DNA of 64,000 nucleotides from Clostridia bacterium DTU065 (GCA_001512545.1 LFSI01000083.1:6759-70758), one strand, 5' to 3'. Positions 25,721 through 36,221 are shown, counted from the stretch's first letter. Notes: generated by a model not told the origin, from the sequence alone. Numbers and translations are program-made.

Positions 25721-27172
25721 ATGTATGCATTACGAGCAGCAACTACAGTGGAGGCCAATACCACTGAGAAGATCAAAGAAGCAGTAGAAGAGCTTTGGTC
25801 GAAGTTCACCGCGGTAAATGGCTTTGAAAAAGAGGACATAATCAGCGTGATCGTATCCAGCACCAAAGACATCACTGCGGCTTATCCTGCATCGTTTATC
25901 AGGGGCATGGGCTACGGAGAAGCTGCCCTTTTGGACGTATGCCAGCTGCAGATAGACGGCGAGATTCCCCTCTGCATCAGGCTTCTGGTCTATACAGCAA
26001 AGCCAGGGCGGAACGTCTATCTGCGAGATGCAGCCCGTCTGCGGCCAGAATGGAGCTTCGACCTTGAAGAAGCCTCAGGTCCCAGGCCGAGATCTGCCAT
26101 AAAGAAGATCACACCGTATGTTCCCGGAAAGCCTATCGACGAGGTCAAGCGCGAGTACGGCCTTACCGACGTGATTAAGCTTGCATCAAACGAAAACCCC
26201 TTCGGACCTTCACAGAAAGCTTTAGCAGCGGCAGCTGAAGCTCTGCAGTCTGTGCGGCTCTATCCCGACGGAGCCAGCTACGAGCTGAAAACCTCTCTAG
26301 CCGATTTCTACGGCCTCAGGCCAGAGCAGTTTATTGCAGGCAACGGCTCCGATGAGGTGATCAAGATGCTCAGCGAAGCCTACCTCAGCGAAGGAGATAA
26401 CATCGTCTGCGCCGACGTAACCTTCAGCGAGTACGAGTTTGGTGCGAGAGTCATGGGTGCGGAAGTCAGGAAAGTGCCACTGAAGGACTACAAGCACGAT
26501 CTAAGCGGGTTTTTGGCAAACATAGATGCGAGAACGAAGATCTGCTACATCTGCAATCCCAACAACCCCACCGGCACCATCGTGGGGGAAAGGGAGATTT
26601 TGGAGTTTTTAGAGAAGGTGCCCGGAAACGTGTTGGTTGTAGTTGATGAGGCCTACAGCGAGTATGTGGAAAGCCCCGAGTATCCCGACTTCAAAAAGTT
26701 GATCGGAGCCTATCCTGTGGTGGTGTTGAGGACCTTCTCCAAGATCTACGGTCTTGCAGGCCTCAGAGTGGGTATCGGCATCTCCAGTCCGGAGATTATC
26801 CAAAATATCGAAAAAACCAGAGAGCCTTTCAACGTGAACCTTCTAGCTCAAGCTGCAGCTGCAGCCAGCCTGAAGGACCAGGATCATATAGAGTACTGTT
26901 TCCGGGAAAACGCTGCAGCCAGAAGAGAGTTCTACCAAAGATGCCGCGAGGCAGGCATTGAGTACGTTGCAAGCGAGGCCAACTTCGTCCTGATTAAAGT
27001 GGACGGGGCCGAAGCAATCGTGCGGAAAATGCTTGAGCGTGGGGTCATCGTCCGAGGCACTAGTTCTTTCGGGCTGAAAGACCACATCAGAGTCAGTCTC
27101 GGCACTAAAGATCAGATGGATAGATTTTGGCAGGTATTTACCGAGGTAAGAGATGGGGGAATGAAGCAATGA
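25721..27172 (+). CDS. fusion protein: AroH-type chorismate mutase (N) + histidinol-phosphate/aromatic aminotransferase (C)
   Basis: N-terminal ~115 aa (LRAATTVEANT..., AAYPASFIR, CIRLLVY, VYLRDAARLRPE) is colinear with B. subtilis AroH as remembered. The C-terminal ~360 aa is class-II aminotransferase (LASNENPFG, NPNNPTG, TFSKIYGLAGLRVG). Confidence 0.85.
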   Translation: MYALRAATTVEANTTEKIKEAVEELWSKFTAVNGFEKEDIISVIVSSTKDITAAYPASFIRGMGYGEAALLDVCQLQIDGEIPLCIRLLVYTAKPGRNVYLRDAARLRPEWSFDLEEASGPRPRSAIKKITPYVPGKPIDEVKREYGLTDVIKLASNENPFGPSQKALAAAAEALQSVRLYPDGASYELKTSLADFYGLRPEQFIAGNGSDEVIKMLSEAYLSEGDNIVCADVTFSEYEFGARVMGAEVRKVPLKDYKHDLSGFLANIDARTKICYICNPNNPTGTIVGEREILEFLEKVPGNVLVVVDEAYSEYVESPEYPDFKKLIGAYPVVVLRTFSKIYGLAGLRVGIGISSPEIIQNIEKTREPFNVNLLAQAAAAASLKDQDHIEYCFRENAAARREFYQRCREAGIEYVASEANFVLIKVDGAEAIVRKMLERGVIVRGTSSFGLKDHIRVSLGTKDQMDRFWQVFTEVRDGGMKQ

Positions 27173-28179
27173 TTATCGTCATGAAGGCAAAAGCCAGTCA
27201 AGATGAAGTAAAAAGAGTGCAGGAAACGCTCCAGGAGCTTGGATTCGGCGTTCACCTTTCGGAAGGCGTCGAAAGAACTATCATCGGAGCTTTGGGAAAT
27301 AAAGACGTCCTTGTTGCAGCAAACATTGAGACTCTTCCTGGAGTAGAACGGGTGGTTCCAATCCGCTCCCCATACAAGCTTGGAGGAAAGGAGTTCCATC
27401 CCGCACCGTCGGTGGTGGAAGTGAAGGGAGCCAAGTTCGGCGGAGGACACTTCAGCATCATCGCAGGTCCCTGCGCTGTAGAAAGCAGAGAGCAGCTCCT
27501 TAAAGCTGCCGAAGCGGTGAAAAAAGCCGGTGCTTCTCTTGTCCGCGGCGGCGCGTTTAAGCCCCGCACCTCGCCCTACTCCTTCCAGGGTTTGGAGGAA
27601 GAAGGTTTGAAGATCCTCAAAGAGGCTTCAGAGGTTACCGGCCTTGGCGTGGTCACCGAAGTGGTTGACCCCAAAGACGTGGAGTTGGTGTCCCAGTACG
27701 TGGATGCCCTCCAGGTTGGTGCGCGGAACATGCAGAACTTCGTTCTCCTGAGAGCGGTAGGCAGAGCCAAAAAACCGGTGATTTTGAAGAGAGGCCTTTC
27801 TGCCACCATCTCCGAATGGCTGATGGCTGCTGAGTACATCATGAGCGAAGGCAACCACAACGTCATCCTCTGCGAGCGGGGAATCCGCACCTTTGAGACA
27901 GCAACCAGGAACACCTTGGATATCAGCGCCGTGCCGGTGGTAAAAGAGCTATCACATCTTCCGATCATCATCGATCCCAGCCACAGCGGCGGGCATAGGC
28001 AGTACGTTCAGCCTCTGGCTCTGGCAGCTGTAGCAGCTGGTGCCGACGGCCTGATGGTTGAGGTTCATCCCGACCCGGAAAAAGCTCTGTCGGACGGACC
28101 CCAGTCGCTCACTCCGCCTCAGTTTGAGGAACTGGTGAACAAGGTCGGAAAACTTAAGGGAGCCCTGGATTTTCAATGA
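27169..28179 (+). CDS. aroF: 3-deoxy-7-phosphoheptulonate (DAHP) synthase, type I-beta with N-terminal ferredoxin-like regulatory domain
   Basis: MIIVMKAKAS regulatory domain, then GPCAVES, GAFKPRTSPYSFQG, KRG, DPSH. The ATG overlaps the upstream stop (ATGA). Confidence 0.9.
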   Translation: MIIVMKAKASQDEVKRVQETLQELGFGVHLSEGVERTIIGALGNKDVLVAANIETLPGVERVVPIRSPYKLGGKEFHPAPSVVEVKGAKFGGGHFSIIAGPCAVESREQLLKAAEAVKKAGASLVRGGAFKPRTSPYSFQGLEEEGLKILKEASEVTGLGVVTEVVDPKDVELVSQYVDALQVGARNMQNFVLLRAVGRAKKPVILKRGLSATISEWLMAAEYIMSEGNHNVILCERGIRTFETATRNTLDISAVPVVKELSHLPIIIDPSHSGGHRQYVQPLALAAVAAGADGLMVEVHPDPEKALSDGPQSLTPPQFEELVNKVGKLKGALDFQ

Positions 28180-29210
28180 GTGTCGGAGTAGTGGGTCTTG
28201 GGCTCATTGGCGGTAGCATTGCACTAGGCCTCAGGGACAAGTTTGAGGTGATCGGTGTTGACCTGGATCCGGAAACCCTGAGAATTGCATCTGAAAAAGG
28301 AATCTGCCACAAAGTCTCCCGGGAACTTTCGGCTCTTAAAGGAGCAGACGTGGTGTTTGTGGCAGTTCCCATCAACAGCGTCTGCTCCATCGTCAGGGAG
28401 CTGGCGCCGTACGGCATGGCAATTGCCGACGTGGGGAGCCTTAAGCTGGACATCACAAACGCCCTCAGGGACGTTCCAACGTTTATCGGCACCCATCCCA
28501 TGGCAGGCCGGGAAAAAGGCGGGATTGCAGCAAGCGACGGTACCTTGTTTGAAAACGCTCTGTGGATGGTCGATCGGACCAGACCGAAGGAGCTCATTGA
28601 AAAGGTCACCGGCTACATCGAGGCTCTGGGAGCTTACACATTCCTTCTGGATCCGAATTCCCACGATCAGATGGTAGCAGCTGTCTCCCACCTGCCGCAC
28701 CTTGTTGCCGTTGCCCTGACCCTGGCTGCAGAACGCATTGCCAAAGGCGACGACCGCTTGTTTTTAATGGCGGCAGGAGGCTTTCGGGACACCACCAGGA
28801 TTGCCAGCGGCGATCCAGAACTCTGGCAGCAGATCCTCTCCCAAAGCCCATACTTGAAAGATGCAGCCCAGGTGTTTCTTGACGTTTTCCAGACACTCTG
28901 CGCTGCAGATCACCTTACGTCCTATCTCCAAGAAGCCTGCAGCATCCGTGAGAAGCTGCCGTTTAAAGGACGAGGGGTTGTTGGCGAGATCTTCTCCTTG
29001 GTGATCAAGGTAGAAGACAAGCCAGGTGCGATCGGTGAGGTAACATCGATCCTTGCCGGTAGGCACATCAACATTAAAGAGATTGAGATTTTAAAGCAGA
29101 GGGAAGGAGAAACCGGACCTCTCAGGCTGGGCTTTGCCACTGCAGAAAAAGCGCTTGAGGCCTACAGCCTGCTGAAAGAGCTGGGCTACACATTAGAGAC
29201 TAGGTGGTAG
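28176..29210 (+). CDS. tyrA: prephenate dehydrogenase with C-terminal ACT domain
   Basis: VGLGLIGGSIA Rossmann fold, GTHPMAG, SHLPH. ACT-like tail (LVIKVEDKPGAIGEVTSIL). Confidence 0.9.
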   Translation: MSVGVVGLGLIGGSIALGLRDKFEVIGVDLDPETLRIASEKGICHKVSRELSALKGADVVFVAVPINSVCSIVRELAPYGMAIADVGSLKLDITNALRDVPTFIGTHPMAGREKGGIAASDGTLFENALWMVDRTRPKELIEKVTGYIEALGAYTFLLDPNSHDQMVAAVSHLPHLVAVALTLAAERIAKGDDRLFLMAAGGFRDTTRIASGDPELWQQILSQSPYLKDAAQVFLDVFQTLCAADHLTSYLQEACSIREKLPFKGRGVVGEIFSLVIKVEDKPGAIGEVTSILAGRHINIKEIEILKQREGETGPLRLGFATAEKALEAYSLLKELGYTLETRW

Positions 29211-29212
29211 AT

Positions 29213-30517
29213 ATGGACCTAAAAGTTAAAAAAAGCCAAAAACCTCTGCAGGGAGCAATCAGACCGGAAAGCGATAAGTCCATATCCCAACGTCTGATTC
29301 TGTTCAGTCTGCTTACAGAAGAGGAGTGCGTTTTCGAGAAGATCAGCAGTGCTCTCGATCCCAGGTCTGCTCTGTCTGCTGCTGCCTGTTTGGGTTTGGA
29401 GTATCGCTTGGAAAACGACACGTTGTTTGCTAAAGGACCTGGAATTGCAGGTTTGAAAGAGCCGGATCGCCCTATTTACTGCGGAAACTCCGGCACTTTG
29501 ATGCGCCTTTTAATGGGGCTTCTTGCACCGAGCAGGATCTTTGCGGTTTTATACGGAGACCACTCGTTGAACAACCGGCCTATGGCAAGAATTGCCGAGC
29601 CCCTGCGGGACATGGGAGCTGTGATTCACACAAGGCGCGGTGGTCTTGCGCCTATTGCCGTTGTCGGGGGAGACCTAAAAGGCACTGACTTCACTCTGCC
29701 TGTGGCCTCTGCCCAGCTCAAATCCGCTGTGATTCTTGCCTCCCTCCATAGTGAAGGTCAAAGCAGGGTAATCGAGCCCATTCCGTCCCGAGATCACACC
29801 GAAAGGATCCTCGCCCACATGGGTGCCGAGATCACCCGCCAGGGCTCAGAGATCATCATCGAGCCCGGACGGAAGCTTTCGGGCATCAAAATGAAGGTTG
29901 GAGGAGATTTTTCTTCGGCAGCCTTTTTCATCGGTGCAGGTCTTCTCGGGGAGGGCAGCGAAATTATCTTAGACGATGTAAACCTGAATCCAACGCGAAC
30001 GGGGCTGCTTAAAGTCCTCGAACGGATGGGGGCGTCTTTGGTGGTAGATGAGACCGAAGATGTTGAGCCCATTGGCAGGATCAAGGTTGCATCGGAGAAC
30101 CTTTGCGGAACCGTTGTAGAAAGCGTCGAAGTTCCACTGCTCATCGACGAGATCCCGCTTCTTGCGGTTCTTGCTGCAGCTGCAGAAGGCACAACTACCA
30201 TCTGCGGCGTTTCGGAGTTGAAGGTCAAAGAGTCGGATCGCCTTTCGGGTATCGCCGAGTTGGTGCGGCTTCTTGGAAGAGAGTGCGCCATAAAAGGTGA
30301 GGGTAAGAACCTTACCTTGGAGATCTACGGCCGCCCAGGCGAGTTTGAAGGAGGAACCTACGATCCGAAGTTCGACCACCGCCTGGCGATGGCTGCATGC
30401 GTTGCCGGACTCAACAGCCCCGAAGGAATCACGGTTCTAAATGCAGAATGCGCCGAGGTCTCACAACCGCAGTTTTACAGCGAACTGAAGAGGCTTGGTG
30501 CACAGATCGAGGAGTGA
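29213..30517 (+). CDS. aroA: 3-phosphoshikimate 1-carboxyvinyltransferase (EPSP synthase)
   Basis: PESDKSISQR, GNSGTLMRLL, LKVKESDR, DHRLAMA. Confidence 0.95.
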   Translation: MDLKVKKSQKPLQGAIRPESDKSISQRLILFSLLTEEECVFEKISSALDPRSALSAAACLGLEYRLENDTLFAKGPGIAGLKEPDRPIYCGNSGTLMRLLMGLLAPSRIFAVLYGDHSLNNRPMARIAEPLRDMGAVIHTRRGGLAPIAVVGGDLKGTDFTLPVASAQLKSAVILASLHSEGQSRVIEPIPSRDHTERILAHMGAEITRQGSEIIIEPGRKLSGIKMKVGGDFSSAAFFIGAGLLGEGSEIILDDVNLNPTRTGLLKVLERMGASLVVDETEDVEPIGRIKVASENLCGTVVESVEVPLLIDEIPLLAVLAAAAEGTTTICGVSELKVKESDRLSGIAELVRLLGRECAIKGEGKNLTLEIYGRPGEFEGGTYDPKFDHRLAMAACVAGLNSPEGITVLNAECAEVSQPQFYSELKRLGAQIEE

Positions 30518-30521
30518 TAGC

Positions 30522-31175
30522 GTGGCGCTACCAGTTATTACCATAGACGGACCTGCAGGAGCTGGAAAGAGCACTGTCGCCAAGAAGGTCGCCCAAGAAC
30601 TAGGGCTGACCTATCTCGACACGGGAGCGATGTACAGAGCAGTGACTCTTTTAGCCCTCAGACGCGGGGTGGATGTCAACGATGATGCAAAGATGAAAGA
30701 GCTTGTACGGGACATCTACCTTGATCTTAGCGGCGGCAGGATCTACCTCAACGGTGAGGACGTTTCAGAAGAGATCCGAAGGCCTGAGGTTTCCGAGAGC
30801 GTATCTCTTGTAGCGCGCCTTGGGTCTGTGCGGGAAAGGATGACCGCTCTCCAGAGGGAAATCGCCTCTAGAGGCGGGGTAGTTCTCGACGGCAGAGATG
30901 TAGGCAGCGTGGTCTTTCCCGAAGCCGACTGCAAGATCTTCCTTACGGCAAGCGTGGAGGAGCGGGCCAGGAGGCGCTATTTGGAGCTTCAAAATAAGGG
31001 GATTGCTATCAGTTTCGACGAAGTCAAGCAAAACATCGTCGAACGTGATAAAATAGATTCTGAGAGAGACATAGCACCTTTGACCATACCGGAAGGTGCG
31101 CATATTGTAGATTCGACGGGACTAACAATTGACGAAGTGGTGCAGGAAATTGTTAGAAAATGTCGAACAGATTAG
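30522..31175 (+). CDS. cmk: cytidylate kinase
   Basis: ITIDGPAGAGKSTVAK, LDTGAMYR, DGRD. GTG 30522 with a gaggag SD. Confidence 0.9.
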   Translation: MALPVITIDGPAGAGKSTVAKKVAQELGLTYLDTGAMYRAVTLLALRRGVDVNDDAKMKELVRDIYLDLSGGRIYLNGEDVSEEIRRPEVSESVSLVARLGSVRERMTALQREIASRGGVVLDGRDVGSVVFPEADCKIFLTASVEERARRRYLELQNKGIAISFDEVKQNIVERDKIDSERDIAPLTIPEGAHIVDSTGLTIDEVVQEIVRKCRTD

Positions 31176-31186
31176 GAGTACCGCTT

Positions 31187-31807
31187 ATGATTTATGCTTT
31201 TCTCAAGGCTATTGCTCGAGTTTTGTTCAGGATTTTCGGCAAGCTGAAGGTTGAGTACAGGATGCCGATCCCAGAAGGTGGAGTCATTCTGGCATGCAAC
31301 CACATTAGCGACTTAGATCCACCGGTTCTAGCTGCTGCATCAACCAGGCCGGTCTATTTTCTTGCAAAAAAAGAGCTTTTCCAAAACCGCTTGGTTGGAG
31401 CTATACTCCGGGGTTTTAAAGCCTACCCGCTGGACCGGTCTAAAGGTGATCTAGCGGCAATTAAAAGAGCTCTAGGCCTCCTCAAAGAAGAGAAGGTTCT
31501 TGGTATCTTCCCAGAAGGCACAAGGGTAAAAGGTGCACAGCTGGGGAAACCTCACAATGGTGCAGCTTTCCTAGCAGTTCAGGCAAAAGTTCCGATTGTT
31601 CCTGTGGCAATCTCAGGGACCGGACCGGGTTTCCGAGGTCTTTTTTTGGGAAAAGTAAGGATGTCTATTGAGTTCCTAGAGCCGATTACCGTTGAACAAA
31701 TCGAAGAGTTAGTTAAAAAAGGCGACTTGGATAAACACCAAAAGTTGGATATGATAAGTAATGAGATCATGGATCGGATTGGCCAGGCCTTGGAGGGTAA
31801 GATGTGA
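31187..31807 (+). CDS. plsC: 1-acyl-sn-glycerol-3-phosphate acyltransferase
   Basis: NHISDLDP (HX4D) and FPEGTR motifs. Confidence 0.85.
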   Translation: MIYAFLKAIARVLFRIFGKLKVEYRMPIPEGGVILACNHISDLDPPVLAAASTRPVYFLAKKELFQNRLVGAILRGFKAYPLDRSKGDLAAIKRALGLLKEEKVLGIFPEGTRVKGAQLGKPHNGAAFLAVQAKVPIVPVAISGTGPGFRGLFLGKVRMSIEFLEPITVEQIEELVKKGDLDKHQKLDMISNEIMDRIGQALEGKM

Positions 31808-33882
31808 AAGTTGTCGTAGCAGAGCATGCAGGTTTTTGCTTCGGTGTGGAAAGAGCGCTGAAGAAAGCAGAAACAGCAATACAGGAACACCAAACTAACG
31901 TCTACACACTCGGCCCTCTGATACACAATCCGCAGGTTATAGCCCGTTTGCAGGAAAACGGTGCGAAAATTGTGGATTCTGTGGCAGAGGTTGAAGACGG
32001 GACCGTCATTATCAGGTCTCACGGCGTCGATCCTAAGATTATTGAAGAGGCCAAAGTTAAAGGCCTTAATGTTGTTGATGCCACATGTCCGTATGTCAAA
32101 AGACTACACGAGCAGGCAAAGCTCCTGAAGGAGCAGGGCTATGCTGTGGTCATTGTTGGAGAGAAGGATCACCCTGAGGTTCAGGGACTGCTCGGAACGC
32201 TGAATCACGAAGCGACGGTAGTACTAGGTCCGGAGGACCTTAAAGATCAGAGGTTTGACAAGGTTGGCGTGGTGGCCCAGACTACACAGTCTCACAAGAC
32301 TTTCAGAGACTGCGTAGCTTATTTAGTCGATACAGCTCGGGAGATCCGGGTTTTTCCTACGATATGCCAAGCTACAGAATCAAGACAGAACTCCGCCGTC
32401 AAGTTGGCTGGAGAGGTCGACGTCATGATTGTGGTAGGCGGCAAGACGAGCGGGAATACTAGAAGGCTCTATGAGCTCTGTCTAGAGGTGCTCCCGAGAG
32501 TGTATCATATAGAAAGGCCAGACGAGCTTGAAGCAGACTGGTTCAAACCTACAGACACTGTAGGGATAACCGCTGGTGCTTCCACGCCCGACTGGGTTAT
32601 TGAGGGGGTTGTCGAGAGAATGAGCGAGATGGAAAAACAAGAAATGCAGGACGTAATGCCTGCAGCAGAGGAAAGTTCAGAAGAGAACCAAGCAGTTATG
32701 ATGGAAGAGCTTGAGAAAAGCCAGCTGAAAAAAGGCGAAGTTCTCGAAGTAACTGTTGTAAGCTTCGACAAGGACGGAGTCTATGTCGACGTAGGTCAGA
32801 AAGAAGAAGGCTTCATTCCACTTAGAGAACTAAGCTATCGCTATATAGAGTCTCCAGATAGTGCAGTGTCAATCGGACAAAAGATTAACGTAGTGGTAGA
32901 CAGAGTGGAAGACGGAAGGATTATTCTTTCCAAGAAGGATGCCGATAGAGAAACCGCATGGGAGTTTCTTACAGAAGCCAAGGCAGAAGGCAAGGTCTTT
33001 TCTGCACAAGTGGTGGAAAAGGTCAAGGGCGGACTGCTTGTTGACATTGGCGTTAGAGGTTTTGTTCCTGCCAGTCACGTGTCCCGTCAGTTCGTCGAAG
33101 ACCTAGACCAGTTCGTCGGTCAGACGATGGACTTCAAGGTCTTGGAACTTGAAGAAGAGCGCAAAAACGTTGTGCTTTCGCACAGATTGGTGGAAGAAGA
33201 AGAACTCGAGAAGAAGAAGCAAGAGGTCTTCGATAGTCTCGAGGCAGGGCAGATTGTTGACGGCGTTGTCAGACGCATCACCGATTTCGGTGCTTTCGTC
33301 GATATCGGCAGCGGCGTTGAGGGGCTCCTCCACGTCAGCGAAATGGCCTGGAGTCGCGTAGATCATCCAAGCGACGTTGTTTCCGAAGGGGATAAGATCA
33401 AAGTCAAGATCTTAGCACTCGATAAGGATAAGGATCGCATTTCCCTCGGTCTCAAGCAGACCAATGCCGATCCCTGGTCTTTGGTTGAATCTAAGTATGC
33501 AGTTGGTGAGATCGTTGAAGGTACCGTCACCAGAGTAGTCGACTTCGGCTGCTTTGTGAAGCTTGAAGACGGCGTTGAAGGCCTGGTACACATCTCCCAG
33601 CTGGCTCACCACAGGGTAGCAGAAGCTTCCGAGGTTGTAAAACCTGGCGATACAGTTAAGGTTAAAGTGCTTAACGTTGATTCGGAAAACCGCCGCATCG
33701 GTCTGTCCATTCGCGAAGCGCTTCCCCAACCTGAAAAGCCTGCAAAACCTGCAGGAGGCAAGAAGAGAGAGCCCAAGCAACCTGAGAAGGTTGAAGTCTC
33801 AGGTGATGAGCCCTTCGGCACAACAATCGGGTCACAGTTCAGCGAACTAGAAGCCCTGAAAAAACAGCTCGAAGGCAACTAA
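31804..33882 (+). CDS. ispH: bifunctional 4-hydroxy-3-methylbut-2-enyl diphosphate reductase / ribosomal protein S1
   Basis: N-terminal IspH/LytB (GFCFGVERA, ATCPYV, TICQAT, GASTP) fused to four S1 repeats. This fusion is known in Clostridia. Confidence 0.9.
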   Translation: MKVVVAEHAGFCFGVERALKKAETAIQEHQTNVYTLGPLIHNPQVIARLQENGAKIVDSVAEVEDGTVIIRSHGVDPKIIEEAKVKGLNVVDATCPYVKRLHEQAKLLKEQGYAVVIVGEKDHPEVQGLLGTLNHEATVVLGPEDLKDQRFDKVGVVAQTTQSHKTFRDCVAYLVDTAREIRVFPTICQATESRQNSAVKLAGEVDVMIVVGGKTSGNTRRLYELCLEVLPRVYHIERPDELEADWFKPTDTVGITAGASTPDWVIEGVVERMSEMEKQEMQDVMPAAEESSEENQAVMMEELEKSQLKKGEVLEVTVVSFDKDGVYVDVGQKEEGFIPLRELSYRYIESPDSAVSIGQKINVVVDRVEDGRIILSKKDADRETAWEFLTEAKAEGKVFSAQVVEKVKGGLLVDIGVRGFVPASHVSRQFVEDLDQFVGQTMDFKVLELEEERKNVVLSHRLVEEEELEKKKQEVFDSLEAGQIVDGVVRRITDFGAFVDIGSGVEGLLHVSEMAWSRVDHPSDVVSEGDKIKVKILALDKDKDRISLGLKQTNADPWSLVESKYAVGEIVEGTVTRVVDFGCFVKLEDGVEGLVHISQLAHHRVAEASEVVKPGDTVKVKVLNVDSENRRIGLSIREALPQPEKPAKPAGGKKREPKQPEKVEVSGDEPFGTTIGSQFSELEALKKQLEGN

Positions 33883-33893
33883 TACGGTAAGAT

Positions 33894-33922
33894 AGGCCGC
33901 TGTAAAGCGGCCTCTTTTTTTT
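33894..33922 (+). terminator. rho-independent terminator
   Basis: aggccgc-tgtaaa-gcggcct hairpin plus T9. Confidence 0.9.
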
Positions 33923-34002
33923 ACACTGATTGCGCTTCCTTCCGGAGAGTATAGCCCTAATCATTTATGGGGAATCTAGCAAGAGAAAGTGGAGGTGAGC
34001 GC

Positions 34003-34764
34003 ATGACAAGCACTACTGTTCTCCTGGTGATATCGGCTTTGCTTGTGATCATCTTGGGACACCGAGCGCTAGATCGTACGGGATTTACAGATAAACAGGC
34101 TCTCCTTGTAATAGGGCTGATTTGGGCAGGGAGCTACTTGGACATCCCCATCGGCCGGGTGAGCGTCAACGTTGGAGGCTTCATTATTCCGGTGCTTCTG
34201 GTGGTGTTCCTTCTTTCCAAAGCATCAAGCGGCACAGAGCGGGGTAGGGGCATTCTGTCCATTCTCATCAGCGCCGGAGCGGTCTATTTAATAAGTCAGC
34301 TCTTCGACTTTGGACCGGAGGCCGGAAGCTACACTTTTATCGACCCCATGTACCTTTTCGGGGCTCTTGCCGGTGTTGTAGCGTACCTCATCGGGCGGTC
34401 GAGAAGGGCGGCGTTTATCGGCGGCATCGGCAGCATCCTCTTGGTGGAATCGATTACCATCATCTCCAGGCAAATCACTGAAGGGGGGCCGGCGAACTTG
34501 GGTACTGCAGGCTTTTTCACCGGCGCCTTAATTGCCGGTATAGTAGCTATCTTCTTGGCGGAGATCGTGGGAGAGACCCGTGAGCTGATGCAAGGCGGTC
34601 CGGAAAAAGGCGACGACTACCCCACTGGACTAAAAAAAGGCAATGCTCCAAGGGACGTAGAGGCCAGGGCTACCCACGCTCTAAGAATAAACAAGCCGAT
34701 CTTGGTTTTGGAGATCGGCGACGGAGGAGACGTACGAGTCTTTTTGGAGGAGAATGCGCAGTGA
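34003..34764 (+). CDS. polytopic membrane protein (possibly DUF1614-like)
   Basis: Several hydrophobic helices. ATG 34003 with a ggaggtg SD. The stop overlaps the spoIIP start. Family assignment is uncertain. Confidence 0.4.
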   Translation: MTSTTVLLVISALLVIILGHRALDRTGFTDKQALLVIGLIWAGSYLDIPIGRVSVNVGGFIIPVLLVVFLLSKASSGTERGRGILSILISAGAVYLISQLFDFGPEAGSYTFIDPMYLFGALAGVVAYLIGRSRRAAFIGGIGSILLVESITIISRQITEGGPANLGTAGFFTGALIAGIVAIFLAEIVGETRELMQGGPEKGDDYPTGLKKGNAPRDVEARATHALRINKPILVLEIGDGGDVRVFLEENAQ

Positions 34765-35795
34765 ACAAACAGATCCGGCTGCTCCTTGTTCTATCTCTTT
34801 GTACCATTTTCTGCTTCAGCTCCCCAGCGTTCGGCTACCACCTCGATGAAGTCCGCGATGTGGTAGATGAAGCTGGGAACCTGGTCACAAAAGCCACCAT
34901 CCCCCTCGCAGAAGGGGATATCTACATCTCCAGCGACAACACCGAGTGGGAGGTCATTGGAGAACGGGACGGAAAGTACATCGTAAAGAAAAACGGCGTC
35001 ATTGATCTCAGCGCTTACTTGAAAATGCCCCTGGACTTGGGAATCCAAGCGGAAGGGTCGCAGCCTGTCATCGGCATCTACCACACCCACAGCAGTGAAT
35101 CTTACTCGCCCGGACCTGCAAGTCTCCCCTATCCCGGTGAAATCTACCAGGTAGGCGAGACTCTGAAAAATGCGCTGGAAAAGAAGGGATTCAAGGTAGT
35201 TTGGTCCCAGGCCAATCACAATCCCCACGATGGTTCGGCGTATATTCGCTCCAGAGACACCGCAGCTAAGCTCCTGGAGGAAAACCCTATTGCGGTTATT
35301 GACGTCCATAGAGATGCAGTTCCGGACCGAGAGTTCTACACCACAGAGCTGGACGGCCAGTCGGTAGCCAAGGTGAGGATCGTAACCGGCAAGCAGAATC
35401 AGAACAGGCAGAGCAACTTTGAGTTTGCAAAAGCTATGAAGGCTAAGGCCGACGAAGCACTTCCCGGGATCATGGAAGGGATTTTCTGGGCTAAAGGCAA
35501 CTACAACCAAGACCTAGGTCCGCGAATGATCCTGCTCGAGTTTGGCACTCACGTGCTGACTCTTGAAGAAGCCAAAGTGGCAGCAGAGAAATACGCTGAT
35601 GTTATCGCCGCGTCTCTCCCTGTAGGCGGAGGGAAAGCGGAACGCAGTGCAGCTGGCTCTAGCGTGGTGTGGGTGATCCTTCTAGCTGTAGCAGCTCTCG
35701 GCATTTTCCTGTTTATCAATAAAAAGGGCTTTGGCAGTTTGAAGAATCTTGCCAAAGAGTTTACCCACTCATTGAGAAAGGGTAGGAGGGATTAG
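34761..35795 (+). CDS. spoIIP: stage II sporulation protein P
   Basis: Signal/anchor, IGIYHTHSSESY hallmark, DVHRD, amidase-like core, C-terminal TM segment. Confidence 0.9.
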   Translation: MNKQIRLLLVLSLCTIFCFSSPAFGYHLDEVRDVVDEAGNLVTKATIPLAEGDIYISSDNTEWEVIGERDGKYIVKKNGVIDLSAYLKMPLDLGIQAEGSQPVIGIYHTHSSESYSPGPASLPYPGEIYQVGETLKNALEKKGFKVVWSQANHNPHDGSAYIRSRDTAAKLLEENPIAVIDVHRDAVPDREFYTTELDGQSVAKVRIVTGKQNQNRQSNFEFAKAMKAKADEALPGIMEGIFWAKGNYNQDLGPRMILLEFGTHVLTLEEAKVAAEKYADVIAASLPVGGGKAERSAAGSSVVWVILLAVAALGIFLFINKKGFGSLKNLAKEFTHSLRKGRRD

Positions 35796-35893
35796 TCAGC
35801 TTTACATCCTGACAGTGAAGAACCCTTCGGCTCCGAACAGCCTGAGCTCAAATAGAGAAGAGGCAGAGAAGGCTTTCAGACTTGTGGCAATGG

Positions 35894-35918
35894 TGCGGTC
35901 TTTACAGACCGCATTTTT
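35894..35918 (+). terminator. rho-independent terminator
   Basis: tgcggtc-tttaca-gaccgca hairpin plus T5. Confidence 0.7.
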
Positions 35919-36221
35919 CGTGATTAAGTTCTCAGATTGCCTCATGTCACCTTGTTTTCTCAATGGTGCTACTGCCCTTTTAAAAGCAGCCACCTTATGA
36001 TAATATGAATGTGCGATTACTTGATAAATCATTGTGACATTACGACTTCACCTCTTTCAGTAGGTGCCGAGTTTGACAAAAAATGCTCAAAGGCACGTAC
36101 CCACAAGTTGGGGCACAAAAGATAGCAGAGAGGAGGCACAGCTGGATATTGCTACTTAACGGGGAAAATGTTACTTAAGTGAAGTGTACATTTTCCAAGA
36201 GGAGCAATATACTTTTGAAAT

